Shown: piece after piece, positions 10,910 to 23,819 of the stretch | Numbering within the stretch: the first letter of the stretch is position 1 | How the letters are laid out: the number at the start of each line of letters is the position of its first letter | DNA from: Octopus sinensis | Taxonomy: Eukaryota | Reading direction: 5' to 3' | Length of the DNA stretch: 64,000 bases | Assembly (NCBI RefSeq): GCF_006345805.1 | Contig: NC_042998.1 | Coordinates: 130,944,001 to 131,008,000 of the forward strand | The notes under the pieces: model-generated | Told to the model about the DNA's origin: nothing | What the model saw: the letters and a program-made list of their open reading frames with translations, nothing else | Databases searched by the model: none | Translations under genes and position numbers: made by a program

Positions 10910-11521
10910 AGCATTTGATTTTTCGATGTCATTACCCCCAAACTTTTGTGAGTTAATTATGCAAACACTATATATGAGAGAGATTTTCTTTAAGTATTAG
11001 AAATAGCCTTAAAAAAGTTTTTTAGCTGCTATTTCTAATGAGTTCAGTATGCGGCAAAGTAATTTATTTTACTAAGCCCTTTTATATAATGTAATATATA
11101 TATATATATATATATATGAATATATTTGAATGAATGCATGTATATGTGTTAGTGCTTCTCTGTGTGTATGTATATGTAAGAGCCTGTGTTTTGTTGTGTA
11201 CATGTGTATATCTGTATATGTATGTGTGTAAGTTTCTGTATGTATGTGTTTATATATGTGTATATGCATTTGTATATGTGTGGGGGAGGGGTATTAATGT
11301 TTGTATGTGTGTATATTTGTAAGGAAACACTCCCTATTTAAACAGTGAATAACAAACTCTAAAATATCAGTTTGGAAACTGCTTTTGAGCGAAAAACTAT
11401 CAGAGATACTTTTGTGAGCTTATAAATTTGTAATGATTAAAGTGGACAAATCAGAAATGCCATTCCTAACCCTTTTTTTTTCAAATTTATATATCCATAC
11501 ATTTCTAATTATATATATATA

Positions 11522-11737
11522 CTGTCCGAAGTCAGGACACCATGATAGATCGTTAGCTCCTACACGCATTTTTTTCTCTCCTTTTTTTCTCTCCTTGTTT
11601 TTTCTGTGTATCTTTCCGTCGAAGAGCGTAGGCTCGAAACGTAAAAGATTTTTTCTCTTCCTGAGCGCTATACTAATACATTTGTTTGTTTGTATTCCAC
11701 CTGCCTTCGTTTTTTGTTTATTTTCGTAAACTTTCCC

Positions 11738-11740
<3 letters not shown>
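11522..11740 (+). mobile_element. Solo Penelope-like 3' end (pLTR) with minimal HHR-like motif at 11611-11648
   Basis: Closely similar to 16795-17019, the end of the PLE. Motif UCUUU/CCGUCGA-A/GAGC-GUAG-GCUC/GAAAC-GUA/AAAGA. Confidence 0.75.
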
Positions 11741-11803
<63 letters not shown>

Positions 11804-12375
11804 TACAGACAGAGAGACAGACAGACAGACAGACAGAGAGACAGAGAGACAGACAGAGAGACAGAGAGACAGAGAGAGCAATATGAAAATGGAGGGGATC
11901 AATAGGTGGTTATAAATAAATAAATTGACATAATATAATGTCTAAAAGCTGATGAATCGCCTATTGATTCCCTCTATTTTGGGAGGGGGGTATATGAATT
12001 AATGGTAAAATAACTCTTTACCCTCACCCATTTAGTACACTTAGAAATGTAATTGCAATGCAATAAAAACATTTGTGTATTAATAATTGGGTATTCTACC
12101 AGCAGTATATTCGATAGATATTATCCCTTAGTAGATAGTATCCCTTAAGTATATATATAAGATAACAAGGCCAAGGCAGTTTGATATCCATAGGACCTTT
12201 CTATTTATAGATGTCCAAGGAATATCAAATTGCCTTGCCCTTCTTATCTTATTTTATTTAACATATACATGCTTACACAGGACCTGCCTTAGACCCCTTA
12301 CTCATGCTATTATTAAACTGGAAGCTTAACAGCAGTCCTTCCGTAGCTCTTACATAGCCTTACCTACTTACCATG

Positions 12376-12406
<31 letters not shown>

Positions 12407-12409
12407 AGT

Positions 12410-12512
<103 letters not shown>

Positions 12513-12555
12513 TTAGATAGATAGATAGATGTATACACACACATAGTTAGGGGGT

Positions 12556-12868
12556 TGTTTGTTATGACCGATCACAGGAAGACCATCGGTTTCGCACCTA
12601 TAAAACTCTTAGTCCTGTAGGTTACTCATCGGACTCATTAACCGAAGGTATATAATATTTCTGCAACCTGATGAAGGGCTACGTCTTCATTCATTAAGGT
12701 TGTATACGTAAATCCAGGAACGAAATTCTACGGGCATTAAATCTAGGTGACCGCTTCCTTCCGCTAATTGTAGAGAGGTTATGTGCCTTCATCAACGTAT
12801 GAACGAGTCGCCTATACAGCTAAAAGTTTTATAGGTGCGAAGCCATATCTGACCGGCCTTAACAAACT
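12556..12868. repeat. Imperfect ~110-bp-arm inverted repeat between (GATA)n tracts
   Basis: GTTTGTTA..TTCGCACCTATAAAACT..GAAGGTATATAAT pairs with GTTATGTGCCTTC..AGTTTTATAGGTGCGAA..TAACAAAC. Confidence 0.75.
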
Positions 12869-12982
12869 ATTAAGAATTACTGCTCCAATATTTTAGACTC
12901 TGCTTCTTTTCGAATATATGAACTACTGACTGTTTATATATATGTATGATATTTACGTGTGTTTGTTTTTCTGTGTATCTAT

Positions 12983-13104
<122 letters not shown>

Positions 13105-14098
13105 GCAGACATACATCTGCATAACGGTATCTAACTTATGTCAGCAATTCAGTCGAACATTAACTTATGTCAGCAGTTCGATCGAATGAACGAAGTTTTG
13201 CCATATAGCTGGGAGATACTTCTTTTATCAACTTTAGAATCAAGAGCGATTCAGAAAATAATGTAATATAATACAATAATTTAAGATGTTCAGACTGGTG
13301 ATTTTATTTATCTGGCCATAAGGATAGAAGACGTTTGGATCAGTATAATGATGAAATACATAAAACAATGGAGGACGTGCAGAATGGGTAAGTTAAATAA
13401 TCAATGGCTATAGCGGACAACATTAAAGAGATTGCAATAAATAGCAATAACAATAAAGGGCACCAAATTACCCGAAAGTACGAAATGATGTTCAAAACGA
13501 ATCAACCATTTATGATGATCTGTGGCTCCCACACAAAATCCCTGAAGGCAATAGAATATCGTGCTATTAATAATGGCATGAAAATCCTTCACATGGACAA
13601 TGTATGAACAAAATGAAAAGTGGAAATAGACAAAGAAAACTTGTAGCTATGGCAAAAATTGAGATTGAAAGACAAACTCCTTCCAAGGTACAGAAAAAGG
13701 GAAAAATTGATGTATGGTAATAAAGCAGAATACATTATCAAACTGCAGAATATAAAATCTACAGAAAGAACAATTTACTACAGTATCTGGTTATAGTAGT
13801 CTTAGCCTATAGAAAATAGAAGCTAGAGGCTTGAAAAGTTTGGAAATGAACTTAATGCACGCATAATGATATAGCAGGAGACAACTCCATGGTACAAACA
13901 TGCCCTAGAAAAAATCTAAGAGTGATCGAAAGTGACCGAACTTCCAGTGATAATTTCTTACAGACGTGGCGTTTTATCGAACAACCAGAAAGAATTATCG
14001 TCTAATAGTTGTATTAGACTCAACAAACGCTGTATATCTAAGAAAGAAAGAAATAAAGAAAGAAGGAAAGAAAGAAAAAAAGAAAGAAAGAAGGAAAA

Positions 14099-14130
<32 letters not shown>

Positions 14131-14131
14131 G

Positions 14132-14174
<43 letters not shown>

Positions 14175-14811
14175 AAAGAAAGAAAGTGGAAAACATAATC
14201 CAGATATAAAGATGAAGGAAAATGTATAACCAGAATTTAGGACTAACCGATACACTATCGTGACAGGGAGTTCAGAATGGTTTAAAAGAAATACTGAAAT
14301 AAGAACGAAATAATAAAAAATATGCAAAATAGAAAATAGCCATGCACACATATTTCGGGTACGTCTAATAATATAGAAATAAATGAAATTCTCAAGTTCA
14401 CAGAACTGCGTTCACTAGTTTTTTTTTAAGTAAGCACAAATTAAGGAATTCATTTAATAATAATGATTAATATTATTCTTTCTAGCCAGCAATTTAAGGG
14501 ACAGGAACAGTTGATTACTTCGACTCCAATTCTTCATTGGTATATTATTTTAACGAGCGAAAAAAAATGAAAAGCAAAATTCATCTAGACGGTATTTAAA
14601 CTCCTAATGTCTCTAAGCGTATTTCCAATGCACCAATGACTCTGCCAGCCAACTGTCGTAACAATAAACTTTTTTGCTATGGGCAAAAGGCCTGAAATCT
14701 AAGGGGATGGTGTCAGTGCTATACTGGTACTTTTTTCGTAGTCTTACTTTTGTCAAAACTTTGTTCCACCGTGTTTTTTAGTTGTCCATAAGGGACTTAT
14801 ATATATAATAT

Positions 14812-14857
<46 letters not shown>

Positions 14858-14860
<3 letters not shown>

Positions 14861-16567
14861 CCAAATATTCTCTAATTTCACTGGTCCCACTCCTGAACTA
14901 TATGGTCGTTACATTGACGACATTATCGGTGCCACCTCACTCTCCCGTGAACATCTAGATTCCTTCCTCTCTTTCGTCCAATCTTTCCATCCAGCCCTCC
15001 ACTTCACTTCCACTATCTCCAACACTTCTGTCTCCTTCCTCGACATTTCGGTTAGCATTCTTCACTCCACTCTTACCACCTCCATTCACTACAAACACAC
15101 AGACTCACACTCATACCTCAACTTCTCTTCCTCCCACCCAGAACACACCAAGCTTTCCATCCCCTATTCCCAATTCCTCCGTCTACGTAGGCTCTGTAGT
15201 GACGACCATGACTTTGAGACTCAGTCTCAACGTATGGCTCACCACTTCACCCTACGTGGATACCCCCTCACCACTATCCACACACGCGCCCTTGCCAGAG
15301 CATGGTCCGTGGACCGTGTATCTGCTCTCTCTCCCCGAACCCGCCCTGTAGTCTCCCCGCCTCCCTTTTCCCCTCACTTACCACCCCACGACCCTACCTC
15401 TCCAATGCACCATTCTTCGAGCTTTCCGTCATCTCCAGTCCGGACCCGTCCACTTCACACCTCTTCCCTAACCGACCCTCCCCTCTTTCAAACGAGCCCA
15501 CAACCTTCGAGACCTTTGGTCCATAGCTCCTTCCCTGCCCTACCTCCCAACCCGGCTCGTTCCCCTGCTCCCGCCCACGTTGCCGCACTTGCCCTTACCT
15601 CTCCAACACCACCCTCCTCACTAGCACCCATCACAACCCTATCCATCAACCCTATCCATCCACTCCTTCACCTGCACCTCCAGCAATATTATCTATTGCG
15701 TCTCTTGCTCTCCTCCTCTGCCATTCCTTGTACATCGGACAAACGGGACGCCGCTTGGCTGACCGGTTCGCGGAACACCTTCGTGACATCCACCTTGCGA
15801 ACGACACACCGGTCTCACGCCATTTCCGCTCCACCGGTCACTCCTTGCAACACCTATCTGTGTTCGGTTTGTCCTTACACAGAGGCCATCCGGATTCCCG
15901 TTTGCGCCGTGAACATGGATTAATCTTCTCTTCTTCGCTCTTATACGCCATTTGGTCTCAACTCTCCCCCTCTCATCTAACCCCCCCTCTCCCCCCTCCT
16001 CACCTACCTTCCCCCCCGACCCCTACTTCTTCAGTCCTTCATCCTTTCACACCCCTACTCCCCTTCCTTTCTCCCTCTTTTCTCTCCCTCCCTTTCCCTT
16101 TTCCCCTTCCCTCTGCTCCCTCACTCCCCTTCTCTCTCCCCCTCTCCTCTTTCCTCCTCCCCTCCCTCTTTCCTCCTCCCCTCCTCCTCCCCCCTTCCTT
16201 CTCCCCTCTCCTCCCCCTCCTCTCTCCCCCTCTCTCCCCCCTCCTCTCTCCCCCCTCTTCCCCCTCCCCCTCTTCTCCTCTCTCTCACACTACACCACAC
16301 GACTTTACACATCACATCATATATGATGTGCCATACTAATACATACACCAACTAATACATACTAATACGTACTAATACATACTAATACATACACCAACCC
16401 TATACATACACACGTCCAGACCTCTCATACGCACTTATACTCTCTCATACACACACACACACACTTATACATACCAATACGTACTAATACATACTAATAC
16501 ATACTAATACATACACCAACCCTATACATACACACGTCCAGACCTCTCATACGCACTAATACTCTCT

Positions 16568-16602
<35 letters not shown>

Positions 16603-17019
16603 ATACATACTAATACATACTAATACATACACCAACCCTATACATACACACGTCCAGACCTCTCATACGCACTAATACTCTCTCATACACACACACACAC
16701 CCTCATGTTGGAGCTGGTCATTCAACCCTATTATCAACCCTATTATCTCCCCTTATTTCGCTCTCGCGTCTCATGTTTGATCTTTGACCTCTGGCCGAAA
16801 TCAGATCACCATGTTGATTCGTTAGTTACTGCACGCATTTTTTTTCTCTCCTTCTTTCTGTGTTTTTTTTTCTCTCTGTGTATCTTTCTGTTGAAGAGCG
16901 TAGGCTCGAAACGTTAAAGACTTGTTTTATTTATATTTCCTGAGCGCCATACTAATACAATTGTTTGTTTGTTTCCCACCTGCCTTCGTCTTTTGTCTAT
17001 TTTCATAAATCTTCCCGTT
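14858..17019 (+). mobile_element. 5'-truncated Penelope-like retroelement (RT + GIY-YIG endonuclease + 3' UTR/pLTR), frameshifted
   Basis: RT motifs: YGRYIDDI (14910-14921), SFLDISV, HYKHTDSHSYLNFSSSHP, IPYSQFLRLRRLCS, LRGYP. GIY-YIG motifs: NIIYCVSC..YIGQTGRRLADRFAEHLRDI. Then a pyrimidine-rich tract, ~90-110-bp tandem repeats (16330-16700) and a terminal HHR-like motif. Inserted in (TA)n. Confidence 0.92.
16883..16920 (+). ncRNA. Minimal HHR-like motif of the PLE pLTR (CUGUUGA-A core)
   Basis: UCUUU / CUGUUGA-A / GAGC-GUAG-GCUC / GAAAC-GUU / AAAGA. Confidence 0.55.
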
Positions 17020-17049
17020 ATATATATATATATATATATATGTCTGTGA

Positions 17050-17378
17050 AGGCGCATGGCTCAGTCGTTAGAGCATAGAGCTTACGATCGTGAGGTTGTG
17101 AGTTTCGATTTCCGGACCGGGCTACGTGTTGTGTTCTTGAACAAGATACTTTATTTCACGTTGCTCCAGTTAACTCAGCTGTAAAAATGAGTTGCGACAT
17201 CACTGGTGCCAAGCTGTATCGGCCTTTGTCTTTCCCTTGGATAGCATCAGTGGTGTGGAGAGGGGAGGCTTGTATGCATGGGTGACTGCTAGCCTTCTGC
17301 AAACAATCTTGCCCGGACTTGTGCCTCGGAGGGTAACTTTCTAAGTGCAATCCCACGATCATTCATGACTGAAGGACA
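17050..17378 (+). mobile_element. tRNA-derived SINE, full length
   Basis: A-box TGGCTCAGTCGTTAG, B-box GTTTCGATTTCC, and central TTCTTGAACAAGATACTTTATTTCACGTTGCTCCAGTTAACTCAGCTG domain. Confidence 0.8.
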
Positions 17379-20300
17379 TCTCTCTATATATTGCTTTGTC
17401 TGAGTGGCAAATGATTTTAAGAAGTGTTAAAAAATGAATATGCTTATTTTGTTGACTAGTCAAGAAGGGAACATGGCTTGAAGAGGATACTGTGTTTCCC
17501 AGTCACACCCACCACTCACTGCCTCAGACGTAGTAATATTTAAGAATGGTAACGGCGCTATAATTAGCAACAAAATGAGTAGCGACATCAACACCATTAC
17601 CAACAATAACAGCAGTAGCAACTGCAATAATGACGACCACAGCAGCAGCGGAAACAATAGCATGTCAAGAAACGAAGCTCTCAGAATTTGCAACAGGAGT
17701 CATGCCAAAATCCTTACCTCGACCGACATCACCAACACCCCACTATAATAACAACAGCAGTAGCAGTGAAAATAGTAAATCTTAAATTATTTCTCTTTTC
17801 TAAAGATTAACAGCGTGGCAGAATTTGATTGACTTGACGAAAAGCATCAATAATTAGGAGAGTCAGATAAAGTCATCAGCAGACTACGATATGCAGAAGT
17901 TATGCTCAACGTAATGCAATACATTTTAGCTAAAATAGAAAGGAAAACAATTCTGTACAGATGCTTGTCTACAAAATAACGTAAATTAGAGCGTATACCT
18001 TCGGGTGGAGCTAAAAGCTGTTTAAAAATAACCTTTGGCCAGACATTAATCATATGGGACATAACCATAAGTTTGGATATATTTCTGTTATTTTCTACTT
18101 GGAATCTCTCGCAGACAAGCAGTCCAACTTCTCACAAAGAGCTGAGAATTATACTTAATCAACCAGAATTACACTTGGGTAGAGAAATTGGTGGATTTGG
18201 AAGATGATTTCACGCTGCTAGAAATATAAAGATTACGGAGGGAAAATCAAGTTGGGAAGCTTATGGGAACTCTGATTTAAATAAAACCCGAGACATTGCA
18301 CAAAAGCCCCAGCATATTAGAGATCCCAGGAGGGCAGCAACTACAGATGGCGGTAGAAGGTAAAATGCATCGATGGTACGTCTGTGAAAACAATTATTAC
18401 TTCAAGGCTTTCTGCCTCAGCAGCATCAGAAAATAAGAAATGAATGAAAGCCTCTACAACTGCCAATACTACTACATCAACAACAGCAACCAGAGCACGA
18501 ACAGCTACAAGAACTTAAGAAACAGCATGTAACCACAGCGATATTTGAATGCAGTACTAGATAAAAGATGGGAAACAGCACATACGATAACAGCGATAAA
18601 AACGGCAGATACACCACTATCTAGAGCCATCACACCAGGCTACACCAAAAGAAATAGAAACACCAACACAGCTACAAATATATCAACAGCAGAAAGAAAC
18701 TACAGCTGCTTCCCGACTCGCTCTACACAGACATGCGTTGTAGCAAAGACTACGCGAGGAACTTAAAATGATGAAGAGTGACTAAGCAAAGGAGAGGAAA
18801 AGAAACAAAACACGTAAACAAAATAATAACTAGGGGAAATGTTCTTGAGCAATACCGCTCCAGCAGCACCCCCGAAAACCGTTGCACCAGTATTATCAAG
18901 GAAATTATTTAAATAACCAGAACTACCTGTATGGCAAGTATCATCTTTTGAAGCACAAGGTCGGACTAATGTATCTCAAGCACCAACAAAAGAAGCATTA
19001 TATACAATACTAACATTACATTAACTACTAGCATTCTAACCAGTAAAATCATTCAAAAAGCACAAATCACAAGTAAGATTATAAAAAGTAAATGCTTCAA
19101 CGGCGTAGGAGACTTCAGGGGAAACAAAACCAATAGAAAGTACAAAAAAGTGCATGTGAAAACATTTATATTTATCTCTCCATATGGATTAGATAAGCAG
19201 GCTGTTTTCATCTTCTGCTTCTTTTCTAACATGAACTTACGCGGAATAACTCGGGATTGCGAGACGAAGTGGCTGTATTCTATTGTAAGGATGTAGATCT
19301 CGGGATAAAGACAACCTTCCTGGACCTAGAACTTTTTTGGGTCCTGGATGTGAACAGCAGAAAAGGAGATACTGTCTACACCTTGTCGGGAATCACATTT
19401 GAATTCATACTGGAATCCTCGTGGGTGATTTTTTTTCTAAATTTTTCTTCCTTTTACTGTTTCAATCTCTGAAATTCTAATTGTTTTACAGATAAATCCG
19501 GGTTTCCGTTGAAAAAGTTTCACAACTTATTGGTCAGGGAAAGGGTGTTCCGTAAAATTTTCTTATAAATATATTCTAAACAATTCTTTTTTTCTCACAG
19601 GTTTAGGTGCAGGAGTGGTTTTAAGAGGAAATGGGTCATTAAAATTCACTACGCACCTGCCCTATGCGCATGTGAACTTAGCAATGGTAGTACACCAGCA
19701 AGTCTTCATGTAAGGCGATAAATTCTCCCCTTTAAAAGAATCTAAAAACAAGAAAACCTAAACACTAACAAGAACAACGGCGATAACAGCCTCAAGATGA
19801 CTAACATTAGGATGAACCACGATAACTCCAGGAAACATATTATCAAGATCACAACAATATTAAAATAATCAGTAGTTGTGGTAACGATAATAACAAAGGC
19901 ACCAACAGCAGTAGAAGCAACAGCAGCAACAATAACAGCAGCAATCTAAACATCGACAGCAGCAGCGGCCACTACCATCTTCGCTTTGTCAAAAGACAAT
20001 AACAACGAAAACTACTGTAATATATTGTATAATGACAGCATAAACAACATTAACGGCAACAAATCACTGATCAATGGGTTTCGCATTCTCTGGAAAGTAA
20101 AGCGGACACTATTTAAAAGTATAAAAATTATATTGTTCGCCTTGGAGTCATGTCTCTCTCAAGTTAAGAAACGTGATTTTAAATCTGCAGCATAATTTAC
20201 GCGTGCATTATCTGCATAGAAAAGAAGTCACAATATCCTTTTCGTCGAAAAATCGAGGAAAGCAACTATTTACAGCAGCATCAACGAACTCGTATGATAA

Positions 20301-20399
20301 CTATATCAACCTATGCTTTTCAGCAGTTTGTGACGATACTCGTATCTATGGGGCGTCTTAACAAAATCAGGATCTCAAGTGTACTTCTCAGAACGACCA

Positions 20400-22560
20400 G
20401 GCTAGAGTAATAGTCATCTTAGAAGAGTATCCGAAGATTTGGTTGCTTCAGAAACGTACCTGGTATTCCAGAATTCCGCTTTGATGGCTGCGAGCAGATG
20501 CAGATGCTAGAAAACCTATATATTATACCGTTGACAAAACATTATCTCAAGACATTGTCCACTGATGGCTTTTGCCTTCATATTTCAGCACATGCTACTT
20601 GACACGAACAACGCATCCTACATGATTCTCTTCGGAGAAATAGTGAAAGTTCATTCTCGCCGTTAGCACGACAGTACTTCGCCAAACTGTTTTCGAGGAG
20701 CATTTTTTATGAGATAGGGGACTCTGAGATCCACCTTGCCGATTTGCTACGACTACTGGACAGAGAGACTGAGTGTAACGCGAAGCTTAATTAAACCTGT
20801 TCACTCTTATATGGGCAGCGGTCAACTGTGGTTGGCAACAAACTAGGAGCATTCTCATTTGAATGAGTCAGAGATTGGTTATACTATTGAGGAAGCCTCC
20901 AGATTCATAAGTCTTCGAAGCGCAGAGCTAGAGATTTTAGCAGAGATGCTCGCCAAGATGTTGCTGTCGGTAGTAATGCTGAAGATCCAAACTTTGCAAA
21001 GTTATCTACAGTAAGTTCCACTTCATGCGTTACATCGTACAGGGGTGGAGAGTAGACATATTTGGCAGGGAGCTGATAAATTTGTATTCAAGATCGATGT
21101 AGTTTGTCATCGCTACATGACAGCTGGTCTAAGAGGTGTCGATTTCGGTCCCGTTATCAGAAGCTGGATCACCTCAATATACAGTAGCGTCTTCTTTGAA
21201 GTCAAATTAAACAGCCACTTCTCAGAAAAACACAGTATCTAACACTGGATTCGCCAAGGATCACTTTTGTATACTATTTTGCTCTGAAAACTTTTCTCCG
21301 GAGGATGGAGATTTTGGAAGATTGAAATAGGTGACAGGATTAGTCGTGTCTGCTTATGTGGATAACGTCACAGCCATCATGTCGGATACATCAGATAAGA
21401 AAGCAATCAATACGGTATTGAGAGAGTAAAGTTATATACAGGATATGTAATTCAAGAAAAGTTGAAAGTCTTCCGACTAGGCATTGAAAGACGTAATTCC
21501 ACGCTCACCAGCCGCAATTTTGGGCGTTGGATTGAGGGCCTAGTGAAAGTGTCCGAAGTCTTTTTTCCGAGCAGGCCTCAGCAGGAAATGGGAAGACGTC
21601 ACGAACAGAGTGGCCTATCTCATTCAGAAATGGGCCGAGAAGCTGTCTTTGAAAAATCAGGCAGAACGACCTAATGCATATATTCCCTCGGTGACGTACC
21701 ACTCCCTGATTATCGTATCTTGACTCAAGAAATATCTGATCAAATTGGAGTGCTTACTTTTTCGTTTGTTATAGAAGCTTCAGGTTCAATTTCAAGAAAT
21801 TTTTGTCAACCCCCACTCCGTTGTCGTTTTGGGATACCATCCTTGAGGATGCACCGACACGCACTAAGGCTGACACCCCTGCAAACATATCTGGATCACT
21901 GTGATGTCCATGACGACGAAAACGGGACAAATCTGTGTAGGCGTCTTCTTGCAACACATTTTTCTGTATCTCGTTTACTTGACCAAGTTTTAGCCATGGG
22001 TCAAGTGTAGACTAAGCAAGGACATTTGTTTTCTAGAATGCTGCCACTTGCTCACAACTGGACAAAGTCATTAGCGGATAAAACTACTCTGGATGTCTAA
22101 AGAAGGATAGTTGAAGCAACAATAGAATGAGATTGACAGGGCATTGACAAGAACAGTTTGACCAGACTCTTCTAGAGGATTTTCAGGTCGGGAACAGTAG
22201 ACTGCTGCCAAAAGTCCTTAAAATGGCAGTATTACGTAGCAAAGGTAAAAGACAATCTCTTCATACATGGAAGTGCCAACAGCCGAACTTGTTTTGCATG
22301 TCAACAGCCGAACAGTCTTGCATGTCTTCTTTCGATGTTCATGGATTAGTGTTTTGTGGACTTGTGTTCAACAGCATCTATCACGTATAAGATCTCGCTC
22401 TCCACCGAGGCTACAGAGATCAAGGCAATACCTTCCTTTGGTAGGGAATGGAGGCAAATCTCATTCGTTGCTGATTGTGGCGAAAGAGTTAATGTGTGTG
22501 GAAAGTTTGAAGACAGGCATTTTCCTATCTGGTCAAGTACTCATCCCCTCTAGCACTAGC
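20400..22560 (+). mobile_element. Heavily decayed L1/Tx1-like LINE ORF2
   Basis: Remnant motifs IRQG (~21250), SAYVDNVT (cf. YADD, ~21350-21372) and a C-terminal CxxC..TVLHVFFRC zinc knuckle (~22290-22340). Many stops and frameshifts. Confidence 0.6.
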
Positions 22561-22578
22561 TGAAGAAAAAGATGTGGG

Positions 22579-22616
<38 letters not shown>

Positions 22617-22656
22617 AGAGGGAGACAGAGAGGTGTCAACCTCTAGTCTAGTTTTT

Positions 22657-23108
22657 GCTTGTGATCAGAGATGTACATATCGTTAGCCACGAAGGGACAT
22701 ACTCAACTGATGAAAGCCAAACAACTGACAAGCAAATTTGTGGTACTGAGCAGGATATATATGCTGTAGCGCATCTTTTATTCCAAGACAAAACTATGTA
22801 GATGAACACAGCTTCAATCAGTTAAAATCAGAAGCCATGAGAGCCACTGCCTGGTGATTATTATCATTAAGTGGCGATCAAGCAACGTTTATTCAGGGAC
22901 CTTTTGAGCGGGGTGGGCTATTCGACCTGAAGAAGTTCTAACTTGGCCCCACCTGCAAGCTCATGCGCTGTTTATCTTGATATAAGATCGCCTTGTCACG
23001 CACGCGTTAGTGATACATTGCCTGGAATACCCTTATCATACGTGTAGTCATATGGGTATATTGGGATTCGTATAATTTACCCCCAGTGTCACTTTGATGG
23101 CATGCGCT
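22657..23108. mobile_element. 5'-inverted partial copy of the ~550-bp AAT-associated element
   Basis: 22657-22855 is the reverse complement of the element's 5' part (23280-23476). 22887-23105 is a direct copy of its 3' part. Confidence 0.8.
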
Positions 23109-23198
23109 AATCAATCAATCAATAATAATAACAACAAAAACAACAACAACAGCAACAACAACAACAATAACAACAATAACAATAACAATAATAATAAC

Positions 23199-23236
<38 letters not shown>

Positions 23237-23270
23237 TGATGATGACGATGATGATGATGATGATGATGAT

Positions 23271-23819
23271 GATGCAGTACCAGACAGTGGCTCTCATGGC
23301 TTCTGATCTTAACTGATTGGAAGTGCTATCATGTACATTGTTTTGTCTTGGTATAAAAGATGGGCTACAGCAAATATTCTGCTCAATACCACAGATTTGC
23401 TTGTCAGTTGTTTGACCTTAACCAGTTGACCATGTCCCTTAGTGGCTGACGATATGTGCATCTCTGATCACGAGCAGAAGTAGTGGGGGAGCATCATAGC
23501 CATGTGTTGAGAGGGATTCTTTGGGGTTTGAATAATTCACCTCTGGAAACATGAGTGGTTTTTTCAACATCCTTAAACAACCCTTATTCAGGGACCTTTC
23601 GAGCGGGATGGGCTACTCAACCTGAAGAAAATTCTAACTGGGCCCCACCTGCAAGGTCATGCGCTGTTTACCTTGATATGAGATCACCATGTCGCGCACA
23701 TATGGTTGTGATGCATGTGCCTGGTGTACCCTTATCTTACGGGTAGTCATGATGGGTATATTGGGCTTCGTATATTTTACCCCAGGGTCACTTTGATGTC
23801 ATGAACTGCTCTCTCACTC

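Larger units (their letters stand above)
10008..11095 (+). repeat. Retrozyme-like element: ~1.5 tandem copies of a 541-bp unit plus a 5' inverted partial copy
   Basis: CCGATGATAGAAATG occurs at 10315 and 10856 (period 541). 10008-10295 is the reverse complement of ~10360-10647. Flanked by (TA)n. Confidence 0.85.

Noticed and set aside
10997-11040. TAGAAATAGC resembles part of the Cas9 sgRNA scaffold
   Set aside because: Only ~10 nt match, the rest of the scaffold is absent, and the word is part of a native repeat hairpin.
12668-12730. CUGAUGA..GAAA on the plus strand
   Set aside because: No stems I, II or III close the core in the required register.
13250-13930. Possible decayed LINE endonuclease region
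   Set aside because: Only a faint AGD-like motif, too degraded to support a call.
17050-17125. Possible tRNA gene
   Set aside because: The tRNA-like head continues into a SINE body, and the cloverleaf is not intact.
23445-23640. CUGACGA and CUGAAGA words in the 550-bp AAT element
   Set aside because: No properly placed GAAA or flanking helices.
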